From contig CP070695.1 in assembly GCA_020353515.1 (NCBI GenBank), positions 3,552,050 through 3,616,049 on the forward strand: 64,000 nt of DNA, read 5' to 3'. This DNA comes from Candidatus Heimdallarchaeota archaeon (GTDB taxonomy: Archaea; Asgardarchaeota; Heimdallarchaeia; Hodarchaeales; Hodarchaeaceae). Below the pieces are notes generated by a model. That model did no database searches. It had not been told where the DNA came from and saw only the letters and a program-made list of their open reading frames with translations. Shown here piece by piece: positions 10,532-19,728 of the stretch (its first letter is position 1; every line of letters begins with the position of its first letter). A program made the position numbers and the translations under genes.

Positions 10532-12075
10532 CGTTGATAGATTTTACTAAGTCTAGCGATTTCCTTGCTTTGTTTATTTGTTAATTGCTCCCATGTAAAA
10601 CGCCATTCCCAATTATGACTTTCAGTTCCAGGATAATTCATTCTTCCTTCAGATCCTAAACGAAGTAGATCTTGTAGAGGAATTATACTAATTTTCGCAA
10701 CAGAACTCCAAGCTAGACGAATTAAATCTCTAACTATATCTTCTCCATCAGAATTAAGATAGCTCAATACTTCTTGCTTAACTTCTTTAGGTACAGTTCG
10801 AAACCAACCGAGGGTTGTATCATTGTCGTGAGTACCAGTATAAACGACCGTATTAGGGATATAGTTGTGGGGAAGATAGTCATTTCCAATATATTCTTCC
10901 TCTTCAATTCCAAAGGCAAATTGTAATACTCTCATGCCTGGAAATCCAGTTTGTTGAAGTAATTCATCAACGGCAGGTGTGATTATCCCGAGGTTTTCAG
11001 CAATAACTGGTAAAAATCCACAGACTTTCTTTAAGGTTAAAAAGAGATTAATACCTGGACCTTTAACCCATTTTCCATTAATGGCAGTTGTTTCTTCAGC
11101 CGGTATCTGCCAATACGCCTCAAATCCTCTAAAATGATCAATTCTTAGAATGTCAACAAGAGAAAAATTATGATTAATTCTTTTAATCCACCATTTATAC
11201 CCATTTTTTTGCATTCGATCCCATCGATAAATTGGATTTCCCCAACGTTGCCCTGTTTCAGAAAAATAGTCTGGTGGTACCCCAGCGACGTATTCCATTT
11301 CTCCATGATTGTCTAGATAAAAAAGATGTGGATTAGACCAGACATCTGCAGAATCATAAGCAACAAAAATTGGAATATCTCCGATTATTCTCACTTTCTT
11401 CTTATGAGCATAGTTCTTAGCATCATTCCATTGCTGAAAAAAAAGAAATTGACTAAATTTATGAAATTCTATCTTTTCTTGATGGCTTTTTTTCCATGAA
11501 GAGATTGCAGAAGAATCACGTATTCTTAACGATTCTTCCCATGTGTTCCATGCACGTAAATCATGTTCCTCTTTGATTGACATAAAAAGTGCAAAATCCT
11601 CTAGCCAATAATTGTGGGTTTCTAAAAACATTTTATACTGTGTCTGGACTGAGGATGAAAGATTTTTAGTGAAATTCGTATACGCCTTATTTAAAATCTC
11701 TGATTTAAACTCAAATACTTTTCCAAATTCTACTTTGATTTCAGGGAATTTAGGGATATTTATTTCATCAAAAGAAAGTAACCCAAGGTCAATGAGTTTC
11801 TCAGGACTAATCAACAACGGATTTCCTGCAAACGTTGAAAATGACTGATAAGGAGAATTTCCATAACCAGTGGGTCCTAGGGGTAAAATTTGGAGAAGGT
11901 GTTGGCGACTTGAGTGTAAAAAGTCTATAAACCGATAGAATTCTGATCCAAGATCTCCTATACCATACTTCCCAGGTAAACTTGTAAGGTGAACCAAAAT
12001 TCCTCCCTTACGATATTTTAGGAAAGAGGTTTCTAACGAAAGATGATCAGTAGTTCGGGATGATTTCATCCTCAA
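10519..12075 (-). CDS. malQ: 4-alpha-glucanotransferase (amylomaltase, GH77)
   Basis: GILVHLTSLP, QILPLGPT, SPYQSFSTFAGNP, GDIPIFV, GVPPDYFSETGQRWGNP, LRIDHFRG, YTGTHDNDT. Confidence 0.96.
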   Translation of the reverse strand: MRMKSSRTTDHLSLETSFLKYRKGGILVHLTSLPGKYGIGDLGSEFYRFIDFLHSSRQHLLQILPLGPTGYGNSPYQSFSTFAGNPLLISPEKLIDLGLLSFDEINIPKFPEIKVEFGKVFEFKSEILNKAYTNFTKNLSSSVQTQYKMFLETHNYWLEDFALFMSIKEEHDLRAWNTWEESLRIRDSSAISSWKKSHQEKIEFHKFSQFLFFQQWNDAKNYAHKKKVRIIGDIPIFVAYDSADVWSNPHLFYLDNHGEMEYVAGVPPDYFSETGQRWGNPIYRWDRMQKNGYKWWIKRINHNFSLVDILRIDHFRGFEAYWQIPAEETTAINGKWVKGPGINLFLTLKKVCGFLPVIAENLGIITPAVDELLQQTGFPGMRVLQFAFGIEEEEYIGNDYLPHNYIPNTVVYTGTHDNDTTLGWFRTVPKEVKQEVLSYLNSDGEDIVRDLIRLAWSSVAKISIIPLQDLLRLGSEGRMNYPGTESHNWEWRFTWEQLTNKQSKEIARLSKIYQRHVS

Positions 12076-12130
12076 TTCTCCAAGATAAAGAAATTAATAA
12101 AGTTAATTTACCTTTAATCGTAAGGATACC

Positions 12131-12775
12131 TCAAAAGAACTCTTTTCTTTTATTTTGCTGTTTTTTGAGTATTACAAAAAATAAGCTTATTAACCCTAAT
12201 GTTAATTCAAATGAAGGTGTATTTATTGATTGTTTTGAGGAAGAAGAGGTTACTTCAGACGAAAGTTGTGTAGTATTTCTGGATGAGGTTATAGTTATTG
12301 TTGGTTTAATGAAAGGTCCAGTTTCATAAGGATAACCCGCATTTTTCCATGCATTAAACCCACTGTCCATATTGTTAACTTGGGTATATCCCAATGAGTC
12401 AAGGGTGTTACTGGCAGTGACAGAACGACCGCCAGATCTACAATAAACAAGAATGGGTTTAGATTTGTTTTTTGGAAGTTCATTTTCACGTGCTGAAATA
12501 TCATTCACAGGAATTAGGTAGGCTCCAGAAATATGACCATCCTCAAACTCCCATGGTTCTCGTACATCAAGAATAAATAGTTCGTCATTACTCTCAATTA
12601 AATCTTTTGCTTCAGAAACAGAAATCGTAACATAACTCCCTTTTGATATTATTCCAGTGACTGAATAGCATCCATAAGATAATGAAAGGAAGATAATAAA
12701 AAAAATGCAAACCAAAACCCAATTTTTTGTCATTTCGGCCTCTGTCTTCATTTTTATCAGCTTAAATAACCACAA
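12131..12775 (-). CDS. Secreted rhodanese-domain protein with C-terminal membrane anchor
   Basis: Hydrophobic signal segment; LDVREPWEFEDGHISGA; active loop YCRSGGRS; MDSGFNAW; S/T linker; TPSF + TM + basic tail. True start may be a downstream ATG (MTKNW). Confidence 0.88.
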   Translation of the reverse strand: MWLFKLIKMKTEAEMTKNWVLVCIFFIIFLSLSYGCYSVTGIISKGSYVTISVSEAKDLIESNDELFILDVREPWEFEDGHISGAYLIPVNDISARENELPKNKSKPILVYCRSGGRSVTASNTLDSLGYTQVNNMDSGFNAWKNAGYPYETGPFIKPTITITSSRNTTQLSSEVTSSSSKQSINTPSFELTLGLISLFFVILKKQQNKRKEFF

Positions 12776-12814
12776 AAGATTTCTTAAAGGTTTTTCTTAT
12801 GAACTCATAATGAA

Positions 12815-13831
12815 TTAATGGAAATATTTCATATGGGCTCTATAACGAATTTCGCTGTCGAATTTTTTAGGACATAATTTACACCGATATTTAATACAAC
12901 TATTTTTCCTTTCATGAAGTCGAAGATCAACTAGACGATCGAATTTTTTCCCACACCTTGCGCATTTCAAATTCTGTTTTTTTTTAACTTTTTTTGCAAT
13001 TGGAGGAGGTGAAGAATCAAGTTTTTTCCTATAGATCCTATGTCTTAGTGAAAAAACATCAAAACTCTCTTTAAAAGATTGAGGGAGTATTTCCGTTCTG
13101 CCTAGAATCAGGAAACCGTTAGGAACCAACAAATTATCGAATTTTCTAAATATTTCCTTCTGAATCTCTTTAGAAAAATAAATTATCACGTTCCTACAAA
13201 AGATTATATTTAATTTTGGGAATCTATAGTTATCTTTCAATAAGTCTAGGTATGAATAATCCACCATTTTTCTGATATTATATTTTACTCTTTTTCCCTT
13301 TGCAAAAGGTTCAAAGTACTTCACTAGAAATTCCTTTGGAATATTTTCTAAGATTTCTCCCTCATAGATACCTCTTCTAGCTATCTGAAGAAGTTCATCA
13401 TTGAAATCTGTTGCGTAGATCTTCACATCATATTTTAGAAAATGATTACCTAGAGTATGATGGACAATAGAAGCAATACTATAGGATTCAGATCCTACAG
13501 CACAACCTGCACTCCAAATACGAAGAGAAGGAGATATTTCTCTTTCTTTGATTTCCTTTACATAGAAACTTAGTATTCTTTGAACTTCTTCCCATGTATC
13601 TGGGTCACGAAAATATTTGGTAACATTAATTGAAAGGCTCTTCTTAAGTAAGTTAATTTCCTTATCATTCTGGATTAGAATATCATAATAATCCTCATAT
13701 GTTTTACAATTATGACCCCTCATTCTAATAGCTAATCGGCGACTAATATATTTGTCTTTGTAAGAACTGATGTCACATCCCCTTTTATAGAGATATTGTT
13801 TGATTAAATTAAGTTGTTGATCAGGAAGCAT
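12815..13831 (-). CDS. cheR: CheR-type protein-glutamate O-methyltransferase with two C-terminal zinc fingers
   Basis: SINVTKYFRD, RIWSAGCAVGSESYSI, IYATD, IIFCRNVIIYF, LILGRTE; C-terminal CARC..H..C and CKLC..H..H. Confidence 0.9.
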   Translation of the reverse strand: MLPDQQLNLIKQYLYKRGCDISSYKDKYISRRLAIRMRGHNCKTYEDYYDILIQNDKEINLLKKSLSINVTKYFRDPDTWEEVQRILSFYVKEIKEREISPSLRIWSAGCAVGSESYSIASIVHHTLGNHFLKYDVKIYATDFNDELLQIARRGIYEGEILENIPKEFLVKYFEPFAKGKRVKYNIRKMVDYSYLDLLKDNYRFPKLNIIFCRNVIIYFSKEIQKEIFRKFDNLLVPNGFLILGRTEILPQSFKESFDVFSLRHRIYRKKLDSSPPPIAKKVKKKQNLKCARCGKKFDRLVDLRLHERKNSCIKYRCKLCPKKFDSEIRYRAHMKYFH

Positions 13832-14026
13832 TTAGTTTCTTCTCAAGAATTCTTTGAATCATAACTTGGAAATCTTATGAAAGCTTATTCAAGAGTGAAC
13901 TGAGAGGTGGTTATTCTTACTGGAATATGAAAGTAAACAATCATCTATTACTTTAAAATATCAGCATTTAAATCATACAGTAAGAAAGAAATGATTCACG
14001 GATAGATCTAAGAAAGAATAGAAACG

Positions 14027-14374
14027 GTGAAATTTATGTCTAAAATTGAGGAGTTCAATTCATATAGAGAAAAAATGAATGAAGTTATTCTGAAAGAAGC
14101 AAATCTAGAGATTAAGAGGTTTTTTAATCTAGATTCACGTGCTTATAGTACAGGAGTTCTTTCCTCTAAGGTTAAAGAATTATTGGGATTAGTCGCCAGC
14201 CTTGTATTAAGATGTAATGATTGTATCACTTATCACATTCTGCAGTGCCATGAATTAGGTGTATCTAAAGAAGAATTTTATGAGGCATTCAACGTAGCAC
14301 TAGTTGTTGGAGGATCTATTGTAATCCCACATCTGAGAAGAGCAGTGGAAATTCTAGAAGAATGTTTTCAATGA
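14027..14374 (+). CDS. Carboxymuconolactone decarboxylase / AhpD-like protein
   Basis: LSSKVKELLGLVASLVLRCNDCITYH with CxxC; EAFNVALVVGG. Confidence 0.9.
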   Translation: MKFMSKIEEFNSYREKMNEVILKEANLEIKRFFNLDSRAYSTGVLSSKVKELLGLVASLVLRCNDCITYHILQCHELGVSKEEFYEAFNVALVVGGSIVIPHLRRAVEILEECFQ

Positions 14375-14442
14375 AATTTGTTATTTGTTAACAAACCACT
14401 ATTGTATTACCTTAAGAAAATAACAATTGGTTCTTTCTGGAC

Positions 14443-15777
14443 ATGATAAAAGTGGTAGGAATTACAGAAAAATTGCTAGAGTTTAAGCTTCTTGTTGGAT
14501 CAGAGTCAGAGAAGGGGTTCGTTTTCTCTCGCCATAAAATCTTCATTGTTTTTTGTTACTGTTTAAGCTTTATCCTTATTTTTATTCATTTTGCTACCTT
14601 ACCTGAGTCAGTAATCACTGATTGTAAAAATGCATATAGTGCAGGTCAAGAATGTAACCTCCCCAGTTCGGGATCATTGATTTTGGCAGTTTTTATCTAT
14701 TTATATATCTCATTTATGGCAATAGTAACAATATTTCGAAACGGAACCTTACCTTCTCGCTCCACAATAAGATTTCCTTCCCTGAGGAGGCGATATAAGA
14801 TATTAATTCTTTTTTTACTCTTTTTCTTTACTGGTTTAGTATTTGCGACCCTATACATTTCTATATTTGGCACTTTCCTTTTAGTTGTCTACTTGGGCCC
14901 TGTTATGTTCTATATCTGGATGATTCTGGAACCCTTCTTTTTATTAAGTGGAATTTTAGTATTTATTGACATTATTGACGCTGATTACCCCTTTCAGGGT
15001 TATACATCAAGAAATAAAAGATCTTTATGGTTTATTTTTATTATTGGATTCAATTTACCACTTTATTTCACTTGGTTCTTAATAAATAGAACAACCCCAG
15101 GAGACTTTGCAGAATTCGACATTTTAGGTTTAATAGATTTTTCTCTCTATAAACCTGGAGTAGTTTCATTTACTAGAACTTTCACCTCGGTTTTGACCTT
15201 AGCTCTCATTTTCATCACTCTGTGGTGGATAAAAGATCGATATAAGGTAAAATCAGCTTCAAGAGAACGAAAAAAAGGATTTTTACCTTGGTTTTTGGCA
15301 TTTACATTAATTTTCATTACTATAACTGTTGTACCTTTGATGATAAGTACAAGAGGTTCATTAAAACAAATTCAATCCATTTGGGACATATTAGGGTTAT
15401 TTACCGCGTTAATCATGGGTTTATGGCGTGTTTTAGGTCTAAAACACCGAGAAGAGCCCTTACATGGATGGGAACGAATAAATCCAAACCGAATTATTGC
15501 TCGGATTCATCCATATTCAAAAGCTCTTATTCTATTTGTGGTGTCGATTTTTGCATTCTTTGCTTCTATTCAAGCAGCAACCATTTCTGGAATCACTGGA
15601 CAACCTGATTCTCTTCAACTCTTGAGTTTATCTCTTTTGGCAGAATTCATTGGACTCTCCTTCATTATAGTTATCTGGCGTTATAAAGGGAAAGAAAGAA
15701 CATCTGATCCTGGATTTTTAAAATCTACTCAAAAACTTGTCAAAGACAAAGTTCAAAAATTCCGAGATTCTTTTTAA
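14443..15777 (+). CDS. Polytopic membrane protein of unknown function
   Basis: About 10 hydrophobic segments; no recognised motif. Confidence 0.75.
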   Translation: MIKVVGITEKLLEFKLLVGSESEKGFVFSRHKIFIVFCYCLSFILIFIHFATLPESVITDCKNAYSAGQECNLPSSGSLILAVFIYLYISFMAIVTIFRNGTLPSRSTIRFPSLRRRYKILILFLLFFFTGLVFATLYISIFGTFLLVVYLGPVMFYIWMILEPFFLLSGILVFIDIIDADYPFQGYTSRNKRSLWFIFIIGFNLPLYFTWFLINRTTPGDFAEFDILGLIDFSLYKPGVVSFTRTFTSVLTLALIFITLWWIKDRYKVKSASRERKKGFLPWFLAFTLIFITITVVPLMISTRGSLKQIQSIWDILGLFTALIMGLWRVLGLKHREEPLHGWERINPNRIIARIHPYSKALILFVVSIFAFFASIQAATISGITGQPDSLQLLSLSLLAEFIGLSFIIVIWRYKGKERTSDPGFLKSTQKLVKDKVQKFRDSF

Positions 15778-16553
15778 TAGTCTACTCTAAAGTAGTACCT
15801 TTGTCGAGTACCAAGTGTACGATGATCTTTAAGAAAAGAATAACCTTGATTTTGAAGATACTCTGTGAGGTTTTTATGTAATTTAGGAAGTGTGAGTTGA
15901 AAATAAACCTTTAGAGGAGCTTCAAAGCTTCTGATTTCTTCAATCAATCTTAGAATGAACTCATCACCTTCTTCTCCACCCACTAATTCGAGTTTTTGTC
16001 CAGCAAATCCTTTAATTAATGACTTTTTATGGAAATAGGATAGGTCATATTGAGGGGGATTACATATTATAGCATCAAATGTAGCCAAAGAATCAAAATA
16101 ACCCTTAAGAATCGAATTAGTATCTCTTACTTTTATTAACAGAATTTGAGATTCAAAATTGTTTTCTTTGATGTTATTTCTTGCACTTTGATAAGCAACT
16201 TCATCGAGCTCTGTTGCCTTCACATGACAACCTAATTTCGCTAGCATCATTGATAGAATCGCTGAAGCTCCTGTACCAACTTCTAGTACTTTCGAGGGTA
16301 TTTTCTCATGAATTATCCAACATACAAACTCCCATCTGCTACAAATCGTTGGAATGAGATATCCTGGTGGAACAGTAAAATCTAATCCCATGAAGTCCTG
16401 CAGAACTAGCCTATTATATAGTAGTAAGGCTTGACTGTTCCCTAAATCGATTTGATCACCATTGATTGCATATTTTCTTAGGGCTGGATATCGGGTAAAA
16501 GCTTCTTTGAAAGGAAGACCACACGGTTTTTCAGGGGAAAAAAGAGGGATCAT
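15774..16553 (-). CDS. RlmF/METTL16-like adenine-N6 RNA methyltransferase
   Basis: IDLGNSQAL, PPGYLIPT..SR, motif I LEVGTGASAI, ATELD, catalytic CNPPQY, GGEEGDEFILRLIEE. Confidence 0.85.
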   Translation of the reverse strand: MIPLFSPEKPCGLPFKEAFTRYPALRKYAINGDQIDLGNSQALLLYNRLVLQDFMGLDFTVPPGYLIPTICSRWEFVCWIIHEKIPSKVLEVGTGASAILSMMLAKLGCHVKATELDEVAYQSARNNIKENNFESQILLIKVRDTNSILKGYFDSLATFDAIICNPPQYDLSYFHKKSLIKGFAGQKLELVGGEEGDEFILRLIEEIRSFEAPLKVYFQLTLPKLHKNLTEYLQNQGYSFLKDHRTLGTRQRYYFRVDY

Positions 16554-16588
16554 GTTATATCAAGAAATATTCTCAAGTGTTTTTTTGA

Positions 16589-18028
16589 TTAGAGGATTGA
16601 TAAAGCTTTACTTAATGCCCTAATAGCATCATTTACTCCTTCTAAACCGACTGAATAACGAATAAGATTGTCTGAAACTCCCATTTTTTCACGCATTTCG
16701 GAAGTCATTTGTCCATGAGTCGTTGAAGCTGGATGACAAATCGTCGTATAGTTTCTTCCTAAATCAGCGACTTCTACTCCAAAATTAATAACTTCCACAA
16801 ATCGAACAGCTGCATCATACCCTCCAAGGATATAAAACGACAATAAATGACTGAATCCAACTGAATCATCTTCAAATCTCATTAATTTTTTAGCTAAATC
16901 GTGTTGAGGGTGTGAGGATAATCCTGGATAATTCACTTTTTCAATCTTATCATGCTTATCAAGAAAGTCTGCGATCTGAAGTGCGTTATCAGACATTGCT
17001 TTAATCTTTAATTGAAGTGTTACTAAATCATCCCAGATGGCTGCTGCAGATGGTGGATGCAAACAAGGACCCAAATTTCTAAAATGGCTTCTTTTTACCT
17101 TATTCACAAAATCCTCTCTCAAATCAGGTACTGATGTTGTTATATTCTTTTTTGCTATAATAGCTCCCCCAATAGCACGTCCACTACTTCCCATAACTTT
17201 TGAAATTGAATGAATTACAATATCAGCCCCATGTTCTAATGGCCGAAGGAGAGCGGGAGAAGCAACACTTGAATCGACAATAAGAGGAAGATTATAATCA
17301 TGAGCGAGCTTAGCAAGAGTAGGAATATTAGCAATGAATAAATTAGGGTTCGATGGGGTTTCTACATACAAAAGTTTGGTTTTTTGAATGATTTGTTCCT
17401 GCCAAGCTTCTACTGACCATGGTTCATGTACCCAATCAACAGTCCATCCCATTTTAGGATATGTTATGTTAAATAATTGTTCAGATCCACCGTAAATTTG
17501 ATTAGATGACAATATATGATCGCCTACTTCCAAAAAGGGCATCGTTGCCAAAAAAATCGCAGACATTCCAGATGACAAACATAAAGCTTGAGTTTCTTCA
17601 TCAATTGTCTTTCCTTCCAAAGCAGCTAATTTCATCGCTAAATGATCAATTGTTGTATTATCAATACGAGAATAGATTTTATTGGGATCATTAATTGTTT
17701 GAGAAGAAAGTAATAACGCCCCATCCAACAATGAATCAAAAGGCGCCCCTGTTGGGCTTGAAAATACTGGTAATGTCATAGATTTGAACATTTTCATATC
17801 ATCAGGACCATATAATCCCCACAAACTCACTGTATTGAATTCTTGATTTTTTGAGGAAAGTATTTGTTGTTGTCTTTGTATTAGTGTTTCAGCACTTCGC
17901 TTACGAAAATAATCCTCGTCAGATTTCGACTTTTTGAGCTTCTCGATTTCTCTTTCTAAATTGGTAATTCTCTTCTGAATATAAGACGAATTCTTTTTTA
18001 CTGGTTCTTGATTCATATCTAACACCAA
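16589..18028 (-). CDS. Cys/Met metabolism PLP-dependent enzyme (cystathionine gamma-synthase / acylhomoserine sulfhydrylase-like)
   Basis: YSRIDNTT, SSGMSAI, YVETPSNP, VDSS, PLP-lysine HSISK, YPGLSSHPQH, HPASTTH, LIRYSVGLE. Confidence 0.9.
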   Translation of the reverse strand: MVLDMNQEPVKKNSSYIQKRITNLEREIEKLKKSKSDEDYFRKRSAETLIQRQQQILSSKNQEFNTVSLWGLYGPDDMKMFKSMTLPVFSSPTGAPFDSLLDGALLLSSQTINDPNKIYSRIDNTTIDHLAMKLAALEGKTIDEETQALCLSSGMSAIFLATMPFLEVGDHILSSNQIYGGSEQLFNITYPKMGWTVDWVHEPWSVEAWQEQIIQKTKLLYVETPSNPNLFIANIPTLAKLAHDYNLPLIVDSSVASPALLRPLEHGADIVIHSISKVMGSSGRAIGGAIIAKKNITTSVPDLREDFVNKVKRSHFRNLGPCLHPPSAAAIWDDLVTLQLKIKAMSDNALQIADFLDKHDKIEKVNYPGLSSHPQHDLAKKLMRFEDDSVGFSHLLSFYILGGYDAAVRFVEVINFGVEVADLGRNYTTICHPASTTHGQMTSEMREKMGVSDNLIRYSVGLEGVNDAIRALSKALSIL

Positions 18029-18088
18029 TTATCTCTATTTCTAGATAAAAGTCCCATCCAAATTAACTTTCTTACAAATAAATTTTGA

Positions 18089-18724
18089 TTATAATGAGCA
18101 AAAATACGTCGTTTCGCCACTGATTTCTTTCATTCCTACAAAACCCATATTCTGAAGAATAGAAATGTTTTTTTCAGCTTCTGTAATCTTTTGTCCACTT
18201 TCTTGTGCAATCTCTTTAAGAGTTCCTTTCTCTAATGATATTAAAGCCAAGGCTGTAGATTGTAGTCGAGTGGGTAAGCTAAAAATCTCCGCAGTTCTGA
18301 GTTTTAAAGCAGGTTTAATTAATCTTGATTCGTCGATAACTGTTTCTTCTTGTACAATTTCGTGAATTTCTTTTTTGAAAGGTTCGAAAACGTTTAAATT
18401 GAAATCTCTCTGTGTTAATACATCCCCAAACTTCTTTATAAACCTTAATCCAATAGTCTGAATGATATTTTCTGGACTGTCGGGTACATCAGTAACTATC
18501 ACAATACGAATGGAACCAAACGATCTGGTATGATAAGAAAGACCCTCAATCTCAATAGAGTTGATTTCAGCGTCACTATCTGTCATTGCAGCCGTCATAT
18601 ATTGAATTGCGGTGAAAACTCCACCAAATAAAATACTATCTTTAATACCTTCAACAGATTGGAATTGTTCTGTTAATATTGTACGCCCATCGTCAGTTAT
18701 AACAAAGATTGCGTAGATAATCAT
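18089..18724 (-). CDS. Longin-like domain fused to C-terminal winged helix
   Basis: N-terminus MIIYAIFVITDDGRTI..LFGGVFTAIQ..INSIEIEGLSYH..IRIVIVTD..FIKKFG..FEPFKKEI matches the longin pattern; C-terminal GTLKEIAQESGQKITEAEKNISILQNMGFV is a wHTH. Confidence 0.78.
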   Translation of the reverse strand: MIIYAIFVITDDGRTILTEQFQSVEGIKDSILFGGVFTAIQYMTAAMTDSDAEINSIEIEGLSYHTRSFGSIRIVIVTDVPDSPENIIQTIGLRFIKKFGDVLTQRDFNLNVFEPFKKEIHEIVQEETVIDESRLIKPALKLRTAEIFSLPTRLQSTALALISLEKGTLKEIAQESGQKITEAEKNISILQNMGFVGMKEISGETTYFCSL

Positions 18725-19063
18725 TCTATTCGATTCCCCAAATTGATACCAATGTGTAGGATTTTAGGTAATAAAAACGTATCTCATAATACAAGAATCG
18801 TGGTTAGTTTCGTTTGACTTCTTTAGTTTTACTTAGAATTGTGCTTCATTCTTTCAAAACTTTTTCTTCTTCAAAAATATGAATATTAATAGTATCGTTA
18901 ATTCCCATCTTCATTATTTCACATAGAAAAAAGAAAAACGAGAAGTATTCAGAGGGTTAATAACTCTCAATAATTATTATTTAAATATGCATAATAGAAT
19001 AATGTAAGAAACGAATAGTTTAAATATATTGTATTTGAGTATATAAGTTAATTGGGTTTTATT

Positions 19064-19195
19064 ATGTCAAGAATTCAAAATCAAGACAGATTAAAATTAG
19101 TAGAAGTTACTCCTACTCCTCCCATTATACCCTTCGTTATTAGCCTTTTTATTGTTACTGGAAGATTTAGAAGAAGGAGAAGGAAAAAGTATTAA
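19064..19195 (+). CDS. Putative 43-aa membrane micro-protein, not in ORF track
   Basis: MSRIQNQDRLKLVEVTPTPPIIPFVISLFIVTGRFRRRRRKKY*: Pro/Thr segment, hydrophobic stretch, poly-basic tail; AT-rich TATA-like sequence upstream. Confidence 0.45.
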   Translation: MSRIQNQDRLKLVEVTPTPPIIPFVISLFIVTGRFRRRRRKKY

Positions 19196-19316
19196 AACAA
19201 TTAGAAGTTCCCTCATTTTTCATTTATTAGCTGTAACTAACTTCATCTCATTCAGACAGCTAATAAATTCTTAGGTACAAATCATACAAAGAACACATTT
19301 CAATAATGGTGATTTT

Positions 19317-19721
19317 TTGGTTGGAATTTCGAATTTAAAGACTTTGTTAAATTCAATGAATCCTAAATTAGTTGATGGTGAATTTGTGTTTTGTACAATA
19401 TCTGAATCTCGCTTTTCTAAACTTAAAATTATCCCCCTATTAATATTTAAAGAAGAAGAAGGGATCACGCTAATTATTAAACGCAATATGGCAGAATCAA
19501 ACTTTCTAAGTTATACCGAAATATGGGCCTGGATTATTCTGACTGTTCATTCTGATCTGTCAGCTGTTGGATTTTTAGCACGAATAACCAGTAAGCTTGC
19601 AGAATCTGGGATCAGTGTGAACGTGGTGTCAGCTTATTACCATGATCACCTATTTGTTCCAGTTAATCATGCAAATAGAGCAGTGATTCTTTTACAGGAA
19701 TTATCAGCATCAAAAATCTGA
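19317..19721 (+). CDS. ACT-domain protein (CASTOR/ACT_7-like)
   Basis: LLNSMNPKLVDGEFVFCT, FKEEEGITLI, ILTVHSDLSAVGFLARIT, ISVNVVSAYYHDHLFVP. Confidence 0.9.
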   Translation: MVGISNLKTLLNSMNPKLVDGEFVFCTISESRFSKLKIIPLLIFKEEEGITLIIKRNMAESNFLSYTEIWAWIILTVHSDLSAVGFLARITSKLAESGISVNVVSAYYHDHLFVPVNHANRAVILLQELSASKI

Positions 19722-19728
19722 GTTAATA

